Virus record (IMG/VR): IMGVR_UViG_3300011114_000961
Span: 1 to 64,000 of that record
DNA from: an uncultured virus (IMG/VR IMGVR_UViG_3300011114_000961)
Taxonomy: Duplodnaviria > Heunggongvirae > Uroviricota > Caudoviricetes
Reading direction: 5' to 3' (one strand)
DNA length: 64,000 nt
The notes under the pieces are model-generated. The model ran no database searches. It saw only the letters and a program-made list of their open reading frames with translations, and had not been told where the DNA came from. Position 1 is the stretch's first letter; the number at the start of each line of letters is the position of its first letter. Positions 18,265 to 26,737 of this stretch are shown here, piece after piece. The position numbers and the translations under genes were made by a program.

Positions 18265-18506
18265 GAGTAGAATTTCGTCAAGGTGTGCCCGAAGGGTGTA
18301 CCGAATGGTTAAACAAACATGTGGGCAAAGGCAATATGACTGGCCTTGTTGACAATTACGATTATGCCTGGTTCTACAAGCGTGAGCGTGTTTATCCACA
18401 GCCACACGAAGCGTTTGACCCTCGTGACTTGGGACCAAAATATGTGCCCACTATCACAGTTAAAGATCCTAAGTTGGCAACATGGTTTATATTGAGGTGG
18501 ACATGA
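18261..18506 (+). CDS. array gene 8
   Basis: EWLNKHVG...KDPKLATWFILRWT. Confidence 0.8.
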   Translation: MRVEFRQGVPEGCTEWLNKHVGKGNMTGLVDNYDYAWFYKRERVYPQPHEAFDPRDLGPKYVPTITVKDPKLATWFILRWT

Positions 18507-18859
18507 GCAAGAGTGAGATTAAAGGTCTTTTCTTCTTTAGACAAAACTATTGGATGCCCTGCGGATTGAATATCAAAGAACATCTCTGGTGGCGATTTAT
18601 GCCCGGAGTTGTAATCAATGTAGCATGGCCCAGGGGGTGGGTAGATATAGATTGGATGCCAGACGGTAGTAAAACATCTGTCGATAGCAGTGACCCAAAC
18701 GATCACTATCGCCCATGGTTAGAAGAACATGTCGGTCGTCAAAAATGGGATTGGGATTGGGGCATGGCTGATCGTGATGCTACTGACAATCGTCTAACCA
18801 TAAAGATTAGTCAAAAGTATGCCAAGTATGCTACAATAGCAGCATTGAGATGGACATGA
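18503..18859 (+). CDS. array gene 9
   Basis: PWLEEHVG...ATIAALRWT. Confidence 0.8.
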   Translation: MSKSEIKGLFFFRQNYWMPCGLNIKEHLWWRFMPGVVINVAWPRGWVDIDWMPDGSKTSVDSSDPNDHYRPWLEEHVGRQKWDWDWGMADRDATDNRLTIKISQKYAKYATIAALRWT

Positions 18860-18894
18860 TTAAAAAACGTTTATTAACTTTTAGAGGAGAACTT

Positions 18895-19305
18895 ATGGAT
18901 TTGATGGATTGGGAAAAAGCAGAAGTGTTTCGCTTGCTGAAAAATGCACCTGGAACGCAGTATCAAGAAGCTGACACCGCAGGCCAAGCGGAAATAAGGG
19001 CTTGGGTCAAGGGCCTGTTGACCACCAGCGAAGTCACTGTGCAGTTTGTGAAATCAGATGGCACCACACGTGACATGCGATGCACTCTGGACAGCAGCAG
19101 AATTCCGCCAGCACCTGTAGGCACAATTTTCAAATCCTCTACTGCTAACCCAGATGGACTAGACACACTGGCCGAAAATAAAAAACCGCGCAAAGAACCT
19201 GATCCTGTGACCCAGCGAGTTTACGATTTAGATCAGGCTGCCTGGCGCAGTTTCCGCTATGATCGATTGAAGAAGATCACAACAGAGATCAACTTCACTA
19301 AGTAA
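18895..19305 (+). CDS. WYL_2 / Sm-like SH3 beta-barrel protein (in-frame coupled start also at 18856)
   Basis: VTVQFVKSDGTTRDMRCTL...VYDLDQAAWRSFRYDRL; GAGGAG SD. Confidence 0.8.
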   Translation: MDLMDWEKAEVFRLLKNAPGTQYQEADTAGQAEIRAWVKGLLTTSEVTVQFVKSDGTTRDMRCTLDSSRIPPAPVGTIFKSSTANPDGLDTLAENKKPRKEPDPVTQRVYDLDQAAWRSFRYDRLKKITTEINFTK

Positions 19306-19311
19306 TTGCAT

Positions 19312-19530
19312 ATGGCCAAAGAAGAAACTCTCAAAATGGAGGGAACAGTTGAAGACATTTTACCTGCTGCGATGTTCCGCGTCAAAATAGACAATGTTGA
19401 GCATACAGTGCTGGGACATCTCAGTGGGCGAATGCGTACCAACAATATCAAAGTGCTGCTGGGAGATCGGGTAGAAGTGGAATTCACACCATACGATCTC
19501 ACTAGAGGGCGTATTGTTAGAAGAAAATAA
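19312..19530 (+). CDS. infA: translation initiation factor IF-1
   Basis: MAKEE..EGTV..LP.AMFRV...[32 protein letters not shown]. Confidence 0.97.
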   Translation: MAKEETLKMEGTVEDILPAAMFRVKIDNVEHTVLGHLSGRMRTNNIKVLLGDRVEVEFTPYDLTRGRIVRRK

Positions 19531-19538
19531 ATACCTGT

Positions 19539-20081
19539 ATGCGTGAACACATAGACTTACTGGAAGCCAGCACCAGACCGGCCAAACTAGAAACTACTCC
19601 ACTACCTTATGGTCCCAAGGACCTGGCACCGGTGATGAGTGCTGCCACAATTGATTACCATTTTGAACATCTCGCCAAGGGCTATGCCAAGCGATACAAT
19701 GCAGGAGAAGGCAATGCAGATTTTAATCGTGCTGGCAGTTTTTTACACAATAAGTTTTTCCCTCAGCTTAGGGCTCCCAAAGGTGCCAATCGACCACGTG
19801 GTGCAGTACTCGCACTCATAGAAGAACATTTTAAAACCTACGAAGATTTCAAAATAGCATTCAAAGAAACTGCTATGAAAATACAAGGCTCTGGATGGGT
19901 GTATCTCAGCACCAGCGGAGCAATCAAGACCATCGCCAATCATGCCGTACGCACCGACATCTGTGTGCTAGTAGACTGGTGGGAACATGCCTGGGCCCTG
20001 GATTATCAAAGCGACAAAGAAGCATATCTCAACAATATCTGGAAGATCATTGATTGGGATGTGTGCAACGAAAGACTATAA
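19539..20081 (+). CDS. Fe/Mn superoxide dismutase
   Basis: LPY..DLAPVMS..TIDYH, LHNKFF, QGSGW, DWWEHAW. Confidence 0.9.
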   Translation: MREHIDLLEASTRPAKLETTPLPYGPKDLAPVMSAATIDYHFEHLAKGYAKRYNAGEGNADFNRAGSFLHNKFFPQLRAPKGANRPRGAVLALIEEHFKTYEDFKIAFKETAMKIQGSGWVYLSTSGAIKTIANHAVRTDICVLVDWWEHAWALDYQSDKEAYLNNIWKIIDWDVCNERL

Positions 20082-20401
20082 TGAATCTCAAACCTGCTGC
20101 TGTGAGCAAACTGCGTGAGCTGATCGCAGAAGAAGCCAACCCTGCGCTCATGCTGCGTGTGTTTGTGCAAGGCGGCGGTTGTTCAGGATTCAGTTATGGA
20201 TTCACGTTTGATGAAATTCAAAACGAAGATGATTTTGATTTCAACTACGAAGAAGTGCGAGTGGTAGTAGATGCCATGAGCATGCAATATCTACAAGAAT
20301 CAGACATTGATTACAAAGAAGATGCCATGGGTGCCAGCTTTGTGATAAAAAATCCCAATGCAGTCAGCACCTGCGGCTGCGGCAGTAGTTTTTCAGTTTA
20401 G
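20081..20401 (+). CDS. erpA: A-type iron-sulfur cluster insertion protein
   Basis: [20 protein letters not shown]...[14 protein letters not shown]. Confidence 0.92.
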   Translation: MNLKPAAVSKLRELIAEEANPALMLRVFVQGGGCSGFSYGFTFDEIQNEDDFDFNYEEVRVVVDAMSMQYLQESDIDYKEDAMGASFVIKNPNAVSTCGCGSSFSV

Positions 20402-21864
20402 TCGCCGCCACCACCGCCAAAGCCGCCACCAGCGACGCCGCTGCTGCCTTCTCCCCTGCCTGGTCCACCACCTCCACTTGGTTGCGGTGGTGGAGAGTAA
20501 ACGTATGGACTGGACCGCGGAACCATACCCCAATCTCCGCTGATAGTTTCAAAATTAGTAGTTTGTTGGCCGGACACCTGGGTCCAGGCCCCATTTTGTT
20601 TGATATAAATTGCATTTGTGATTTTCCAAGTGCCTTGATCATTCACATAAACTTCCTTGGTAGCATAATAGGTACCAGCTTGATTTACAAACACCCCAGG
20701 AACATTCATGTATATCACTGCATATCCATTGCCCCCACGTTCGCCGTTTGATCGCCCACCTTGTCCAACTCCAGCTGGTACTGAGATTCCTGACTGTCCG
20801 CCGGGTGTTCGACCACTGGGATTAAATCCATTTGGATAGGCAAAACTCCAGCTGGCGCCAGGGTTTCCTGCTTGTCCACCAGTATCGCTAGCACCCGGCC
20901 ACCCGCCATATGCTCCACCATTGCCACCTCCGCCAGTGCTGCCATTGTATCCTCCGCCACCACCTCCGCCAGCGCCGCCGTCACCTGGATGACCTGCTCC
21001 TGATTCACCATTGAACCCTGTGGTAGTTTGGCCGTTGGGCCCAGGACTGCTGCCACCTGGGCTAGGATTACCTGCCCCGCCGCCGCCACCGCCGCCGGCA
21101 GCCACGCCCTGCAATAGCCCATTTTGTAATAAAACAGTTGCCCCGCCGCCACCACCACCACTACCGCTAGCACCTCGTGATCCTGAATTGCCGCCCGGAG
21201 CACCTGAAAAACTAGCCCCACTGTTGATCGATACAGCCACTCCAGCGGGTCCTCCACCGGAGTTATAACCTACAATACGTAAAGTATGAGAACCGCTGGT
21301 TATTGTAATATTGTTAATTCTTGAACCGTTATAACTTCCGCTGGAAGATGCCACAGCAATCCCATCTATGTATACTGTGCCATCGTCATCAAATGCTGTC
21401 TGCAAAACAAATACACCAGTGAATGGCACAGAAATAGTGGTAGAGACATCAAGCGTGTAAGCACCATTGGCATTCCATACAGCATAGGCGTTCATGAAAT
21501 TGCTCCAGGCGTAAGGTAAACTCACTGCAATCAATCCATTTGTTCCAGCCAATTGTCTTGTGTTGAATACGCTATACCCAACATAGCTAGATCCTCCTGA
21601 TCCTCCACTTACTCCGCCGCCGCTGAGCCCGCCACCACCGCCGCTGCCCACTGCCAGTGTAATAACATCAGCAGTGTTGCAAGCAATTGTGGCAATCGAA
21701 AACCCGCCACCACCTCCTGCGCCTCCGGGGCCAGAATCGTTCCCGCCGCCACCACCACCACCGCCCCAGAGATGTGCAGTAAGTTGAGCGTCAGGAATCA
21801 ACGGATATACCGTGAGTGTTTGTAATGAATTTGTATACCCTACCGGTCTAGATATTATTGGCAT
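20398..21864 (-). CDS. glycine-rich virion/fibre protein with central beta-sandwich domain
   Basis: WGGGGG...GGNGYAVI Gly-rich domain; [14 protein letters not shown]14-like insert. Confidence 0.7.
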   Translation of the reverse strand: MPIISRPVGYTNSLQTLTVYPLIPDAQLTAHLWGGGGGGGGNDSGPGGAGGGGGFSIATIACNTADVITLAVGSGGGGGLSGGGVSGGSGGSSYVGYSVFNTRQLAGTNGLIAVSLPYAWSNFMNAYAVWNANGAYTLDVSTTISVPFTGVFVLQTAFDDDGTVYIDGIAVASSSGSYNGSRINNITITSGSHTLRIVGYNSGGGPAGVAVSINSGASFSGAPGGNSGSRGASGSGGGGGGATVLLQNGLLQGVAAGGGGGGGAGNPSPGGSSPGPNGQTTTGFNGESGAGHPGDGGAGGGGGGGYNGSTGGGGNGGAYGGWPGASDTGGQAGNPGASWSFAYPNGFNPSGRTPGGQSGISVPAGVGQGGRSNGERGGNGYAVIYMNVPGVFVNQAGTYYATKEVYVNDQGTWKITNAIYIKQNGAWTQVSGQQTTNFETISGDWGMVPRSSPYVYSPPPQPSGGGGPGRGEGSSGVAGGGFGGGGGD

Positions 21865-21876
21865 TATAGATTTGTA

Positions 21877-24459
21877 TTATACTTGATACCAGATATCACC
21901 ATCGCTGCCGCCTGTGGGTATTGCACTACTAATAGTTCGATTACCGTACCCATTAGAACTGCTTGCTATGGTCAACGTTACGTTGGTACTCAACGCACCT
22001 CCGCCACTGAGTCCAGTACCGGCAATAACCCGAGTAGTAATTCCCACAGCATTGAGATTTACCAAAGCATTGGCATAATCACCAGAACCAGTACCCCCGG
22101 CTGTTACAGCCAATGGAGTAATACCTGTGATGGTTCCGCCAGTGATCACTATATTGGATGTTATTAAATTAGCTTGCACCGTCGAATTGGTCATATTGAT
22201 GTTGGTCATTGACCCGCCACTGATTGATACTGCGCTAGAATCTTGCGTGGCTATGCTGCCCATGCCCAAATTTAATCTGGCCACAGATGCGATATTGGAG
22301 CCAGTTCCTCCAGACAACACCGGCAATGGAGTTATCCCACTGATGATGCCGCCGGTGATGGCAACTGCATTGGCATTTTGTGTGGCAATAGTGCCCAGTC
22401 CGAGATTTGTTCGAGCACTGGCTGCATTGCTGGCTCCGGTTCCTCCAGACAACACTGGCAATGCAGTTATCCCGCTGATACTGCCACCAGTGATGGCAAC
22501 TGCGCTGGCATTTTGTGTGGCAATAGTGCCCAGGCCAAGATTTGTTCGAGCACCAGCTGCATCACTGGCTCCAGTTCCTCCATCGGCCACAGCCAGGTCT
22601 GAGATGTTGTAGATTGACCCACCTGAAATATTTACAGCAGTAGAATTTTGTGTAGAGATGGTGCCCAGGCCCAATCCTGTGCGACCCCCGGCTTGCGACG
22701 ACCCGCCAGTGCCGCCATATTCAACTGATAATGGTGTGATACCAGTTATGGTACCACCAGTGATGGCAACTGCATTGGCATTCTGCTGGCTCATTGTGGG
22801 CAGGGCATTGGTCCAGTTAGTAACAAATCTTGTGGTAGCTATCTGCGTATTACTGACAGTGATGTCAGGTGTGGGTGCCGCTGGTGTTCCAGTAAATACT
22901 GGACTGACCTTTTGTGCCTGCACAAACTCAGTGGTGGCTATTTGTGTACTGCTATCATTAGATGCAGCAGTAGGCGACTGTGGTGTTCCAGTAAATACCG
23001 GACTGACCTTTTGTGCCTGCACAAACTCAGTGGTGGCCATTTTATTATCAGCGGCTGTGTACCCAGGTGTTGGACCTGTGGGCGATACAGCAAAAGCTGG
23101 GCCATTGGTCACAAATGCTGTGGTAGCCAATTGAGTGGTTGCTGTTCCTGCTGCTGCTGTGGGCGCAGTGGGTATGCCAGCAAAAGCTGGACTATTGGTC
23201 ACAAATGCTGTGGTAGCCAATTGAGTGGTTGCTGTTCCTGCTGCTGCTGTGGGCGCAGTGGCAGAAATTATGCCACCGGTGATAGAAACATCACCAGCAC
23301 TCTGTGTGGCGATGCTGCCCAGTCCGAGATTTGTTCGAGCACCAGCTGCATCACTGGCTCCAGTTCCTCCATCAACTACGGCCAGATCTGAAATATTGTA
23401 AATTACTCCGCCCGAAATAGCCACATTATTGGCGTCTTGTGTAGAGATAGTGCCCAGGCCCAACCCTGCAAAAGCAGCGCCTTGAGTTGATCCACCGGTG
23501 CCGCCGTATTCAACTGCTAATGGTGTGATACCAGTTATGGTGCCACCGGTGATGGCAACTGCACTGGCATTTTGCTGGCTCATGGTGGGCATGGCGTTGG
23601 TCCAGTTGGTAACAAACTGTGTGGTAGCTATCTGCGTATTACTGACAGTGATATCAGGTGTGGGTGCTGCCGGTACTCCAGTGAATACTGGACTGATCTT
23701 TTGTGCCTGTACAAATGCTGTGGTGGCCAATTGAGTGGTACTGGTAGACGATGTGGCAGTGGGTGCTGCCGGTACTCCAGTGAATACTGGACTGATCTTT
23801 TGTGCCTGTACAAATGCTGTGGTGGCCATTCGATCATCATCTGTCAAACTGGTCAATGTTGGGCCTGTGGGCGATACAGCAAAAGCTGGGCCATTGGTCA
23901 CAAATGCTGTGGTAGCAATTTGTGTAGAATTGGTTCCTGATGCTGCTGTGGGCGCTGTGGGCGTGCCAGCAAACATGGGACTGTTGGTCACAAATGCCGT
24001 GGTAGCCAATTGAGTGGTCGCTGTTCCTGTGCCAGCAGTGGGTGCAGTGGGCGTGCCGGCAAAAGCTGGACTGTTGGTCACAAATGCCGTGGTAGCCAAT
24101 TGAGTGGTTGCTGTTCCTGTGCCAGCAGTGGGTGCAGTGGGCGTGCCTGTGAATACAGGGCTGATTTTTTGTGCTTCTACATACGCAATGCTGGCAAGAT
24201 CAACAAACACATTGGCACTGTTATAAACTGATAGTATATCTTCAGAATTGTTGTACCATAGCTGACCAGTTATAGGCTGAGTAGGCGGAACGATATTGCA
24301 GAAATTTTCCAGCAAATACACATAATTTTCGTTTTCATAAACACCATATTCTATAACAGCCCGCCCTACCAAGGCAAGATCTGTAGCGGTGGTGTTTACT
24401 GTTCCGTCGGGTATGAATGCTATTTGGTCGCCACGGCTGTTATTGATGATATAACTCAT
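21877..24459 (-). CDS. tail fibre protein
   Basis: N-terminal ENENYVYLLENF..P.TGQLWY anchor; repeated PTAPT..TQLATTAFV and GGTGAS.A..ARTNLGLG units. Confidence 0.85.
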   Translation of the reverse strand: MSYIINNSRGDQIAFIPDGTVNTTATDLALVGRAVIEYGVYENENYVYLLENFCNIVPPTQPITGQLWYNNSEDILSVYNSANVFVDLASIAYVEAQKISPVFTGTPTAPTAGTGTATTQLATTAFVTNSPAFAGTPTAPTAGTGTATTQLATTAFVTNSPMFAGTPTAPTAASGTNSTQIATTAFVTNGPAFAVSPTGPTLTSLTDDDRMATTAFVQAQKISPVFTGVPAAPTATSSTSTTQLATTAFVQAQKISPVFTGVPAAPTPDITVSNTQIATTQFVTNWTNAMPTMSQQNASAVAITGGTITGITPLAVEYGGTGGSTQGAAFAGLGLGTISTQDANNVAISGGVIYNISDLAVVDGGTGASDAAGARTNLGLGSIATQSAGDVSITGGIISATAPTAAAGTATTQLATTAFVTNSPAFAGIPTAPTAAAGTATTQLATTAFVTNGPAFAVSPTGPTPGYTAADNKMATTEFVQAQKVSPVFTGTPQSPTAASNDSSTQIATTEFVQAQKVSPVFTGTPAAPTPDITVSNTQIATTRFVTNWTNALPTMSQQNANAVAITGGTITGITPLSVEYGGTGGSSQAGGRTGLGLGTISTQNSTAVNISGGSIYNISDLAVADGGTGASDAAGARTNLGLGTIATQNASAVAITGGSISGITALPVLSGGTGASNAASARTNLGLGTIATQNANAVAITGGIISGITPLPVLSGGTGSNIASVARLNLGMGSIATQDSSAVSISGGSMTNINMTNSTVQANLITSNIVITGGTITGITPLAVTAGGTGSGDYANALVNLNAVGITTRVIAGTGLSGGGALSTNVTLTIASSSNGYGNRTISSAIPTGGSDGDIWYQV

Positions 24460-24478
24460 TTAATACTCCAATTTTATG

Positions 24479-24528
24479 TATTTAGCATGTAGACACTTGT
24501 ACGGGCAAGCAAAATTTTTTGGTAAATA
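24479..24528. promoter_or_regulatory. back-to-back putative late promoters (TAAATA on each strand)
   Basis: TATTTA 24479-24484 and TAAATA 24523-24528 between divergent fibre genes. Confidence 0.6.
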
Positions 24529-24549
24529 CTACACTAGGACACTCTATCT

Positions 24550-26733
24550 ATGACTCAGCAATACATTGACACTGGTAATACCGCCAATGACGGCACCGGT
24601 ACCCCTTTGCGTGACGCTTTTGATATCTGCAACAGTAATTTTACTGAGTTGTACGGTATTGGCGGCGTAACTGGTATTCAAAACGGCAATTCAAACGTAC
24701 AAGTAATTACCAACAGTACTGTAAACATCAGCAGCAGAGGAGTTGCCAATGTGTTTGTGGTGTCTGGAACCGGCGCCACATTAACTGGATTATTCACCGG
24801 CAGCAGTATTATCAGTGCAGTTGGGAATGTTGTAACCAGCGGAAAATTCATAGGCGATGGCAGCGCATTAACTGGAGTTGTATCCAGTCCAGCAGCCAGT
24901 TTGATCACAGGCAGTACATTGAGTTCGAATGTGACTACCAGCAGTTTGACCACAGTGGGTACTCTGGGCAGTTTGACTGTGACCGCCAATGTGCAAGGCG
25001 GTAATTTGCGAACAGCCGGGCAAATCACATCAACAGGCAATGTCACTGGAGGTAATTTAATTGCAACCAGCGCATTGATTGCCACTGGCAATGCATCTGG
25101 CGGTAATTTGCAAACAGCTGGACAAGTTTCAGCCACCGGTAATATTACCAGTGCTGCCAATGTCACAGCAGCGTATTTTGTAGGGAATGGCAGCGCATTA
25201 ACTGGAGTGAGTGCTACCACCTCTGCTGCTTTATTAACTGGCGCTACTTTGAGTTCAAATGTGACTACCAGCAGTTTGACCAGTGTGGGGACACTAAATT
25301 CTCTTGCAGTAAGCAATGCGTTAGGCGGAACAGGAAATGTCACTGCCAACAATGTCAATGCCACCATTGCTGTGTCGGCTACTGGAAATATTCAAGGTGG
25401 CAATTTAATAACGCTAGGAGTGATATCTGGCGCAAGTGCTGTTCTTACTGGTGATGTTTCGGGTGCCAATGTCACTGCCAATCTCACAGGCGGCAATGTT
25501 GCTGGCAACAATGTCAATGCCACAACATTGGTAACAGGTGCAAGACTCAGTGCCACAGGCAACATCACCGGCGGCAATTTACTCACTGCTGGATTGATCA
25601 GCGCCACGGGCAACATTGCTGGCGGCAATTTAACTGGAACAATTGTTACGGCAGCACAACCCAATATTACCTCAGTAGGTACATTGAGCAGTTTGACAGT
25701 CACTGCCAATGTTACTGGCGGCAACGTACTCACTGCCGGCGTGATATCTGCTGCCGGCAACATCACTGGCGGCAATATCACTATCGGTAATGTAACCAGT
25801 GGCAATGTTATTAACACTGGACTGGTACAAGCTGCAATTTTATCAGCCAGTGGTAATACTACAGGTGGCAACTTGATCACACCAGGCGTAATTTCGGCTG
25901 TGGCCAACATCACTGGCGGTAATTTAGTCACAGGTGGTGCATTATCAGTTTCAACCACCATCAGCGCCGGGGGCAACATCACAGGTGGTGGTAATCTCAG
26001 CATAACTGGTAATATCATTTCCAGCGGTACAAGTACTGCAACCAGTTACAGCACCACAGGCAACATCACAGGTGGCAATGTATTAGGCGGAGCCAATGTC
26101 AACGCTACCACTCACACAGGTACCACTGTGTCAGTAACTGGCAACATCACTGGTGGCAATGTGCTGGGCGGAGCCAATGTCAACGCTACCACTCACACAG
26201 GTACCACTGTGAGTGTGACAGGCAACATCACAGGTGGCAATGTATTAGGTGGAGCCAATGTCAATGCTACCACTCACACAGGTACCACTGTGAGTGTAAG
26301 TGCTAACGTAACAGGTGGCAACATCTTGACAGGTGGATTAATCTCAGCCGCTGGCAACATCACAGGTGGTAATCTTATTGTTGCTGGAATTTCAGGAGCA
26401 CTAACCACAGCATCACAGACCAATATTACCGCAGTTGGTACATTGGGGACATTGAGTGTTACCGGCAACATCACAGGTGGCAATGTGTTGGGCGGAGTCA
26501 ATGTAAATGCAACTTCATTGACAGGTACTACAGTTAGTATAACAGGTAATGTAATCAGCAATAACATTCAAGCCAGTAATAGTATAACCGCACTAAATGC
26601 CACAGTGTCAACTCAACTGGTGATACCGTTTTTCTCATCTGATCCAATCAGTGCAGAATCGGGTAGTTTATATTACAGTACTGCACTGGGTGTACTAAGA
26701 TTTTACAATGGCGTTGCCTGGGTAACTGTTTAA
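24550..26733 (+). CDS. fibre/baseplate-associated protein with GNITGGN repeats
   Basis: N-terminal IDTGNTANDGTGTPLRDAF motif (T4 gp9/gp10-like); many GN[IV]TGGN repeats. Confidence 0.85.
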   Translation: MTQQYIDTGNTANDGTGTPLRDAFDICNSNFTELYGIGGVTGIQNGNSNVQVITNSTVNISSRGVANVFVVSGTGATLTGLFTGSSIISAVGNVVTSGKFIGDGSALTGVVSSPAASLITGSTLSSNVTTSSLTTVGTLGSLTVTANVQGGNLRTAGQITSTGNVTGGNLIATSALIATGNASGGNLQTAGQVSATGNITSAANVTAAYFVGNGSALTGVSATTSAALLTGATLSSNVTTSSLTSVGTLNSLAVSNALGGTGNVTANNVNATIAVSATGNIQGGNLITLGVISGASAVLTGDVSGANVTANLTGGNVAGNNVNATTLVTGARLSATGNITGGNLLTAGLISATGNIAGGNLTGTIVTAAQPNITSVGTLSSLTVTANVTGGNVLTAGVISAAGNITGGNITIGNVTSGNVINTGLVQAAILSASGNTTGGNLITPGVISAVANITGGNLVTGGALSVSTTISAGGNITGGGNLSITGNIISSGTSTATSYSTTGNITGGNVLGGANVNATTHTGTTVSVTGNITGGNVLGGANVNATTHTGTTVSVTGNITGGNVLGGANVNATTHTGTTVSVSANVTGGNILTGGLISAAGNITGGNLIVAGISGALTTASQTNITAVGTLGTLSVTGNITGGNVLGGVNVNATSLTGTTVSITGNVISNNIQASNSITALNATVSTQLVIPFFSSDPISAESGSLYYSTALGVLRFYNGVAWVTV
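26059..26301 (+). repeat. three tandem 81-nt repeats
   Basis: GNITGGNVLGGANVNATTHTGTTVSV x3, period 81 nt. Confidence 0.9.
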
Positions 26734-26737
26734 TATT

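Larger units (their letters stand above)
16927..18859 (+). repeat. nine dispersed junction repeats, core TTGAGGTGG[TA]CATGA
   Basis: copies end at 16950, 17177, 17368, 17607, 17804, 18016, 18264, 18506, 18859. Confidence 0.85.

Noticed and set aside
16941..18855. ORF-track starts at GTG/TTG/ATG just upstream of each array junction
   Set aside because: They lie in the previous gene's last codons; the overlapping ATGA starts have the SD-like sequence at a usable distance.
16654..18859. CRISPR array or diversity-generating retroelement
   Set aside because: Repeats are short and degenerate, spaced 190-350 nt by intact ORFs; no cas or reverse transcriptase gene and no TR/VR pair differing at adenines in the window.
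16654..18859. Classical integron with attC sites
   Set aside because: No intergenic space, no RYYYAAC/GTTRRRY inverted ends, no tyrosine recombinase seen.
20398..24459. Invertible fibre segment (minus-strand island)
   Set aside because: No flanking inverted repeats or invertase seen; divergent TAAATA promoters explain the orientation.
22127..26567. Long antisense ORFs over the fibre genes
   Set aside because: Shadows of repetitive Gly/Thr/Ala/Asn codons; no start signals.
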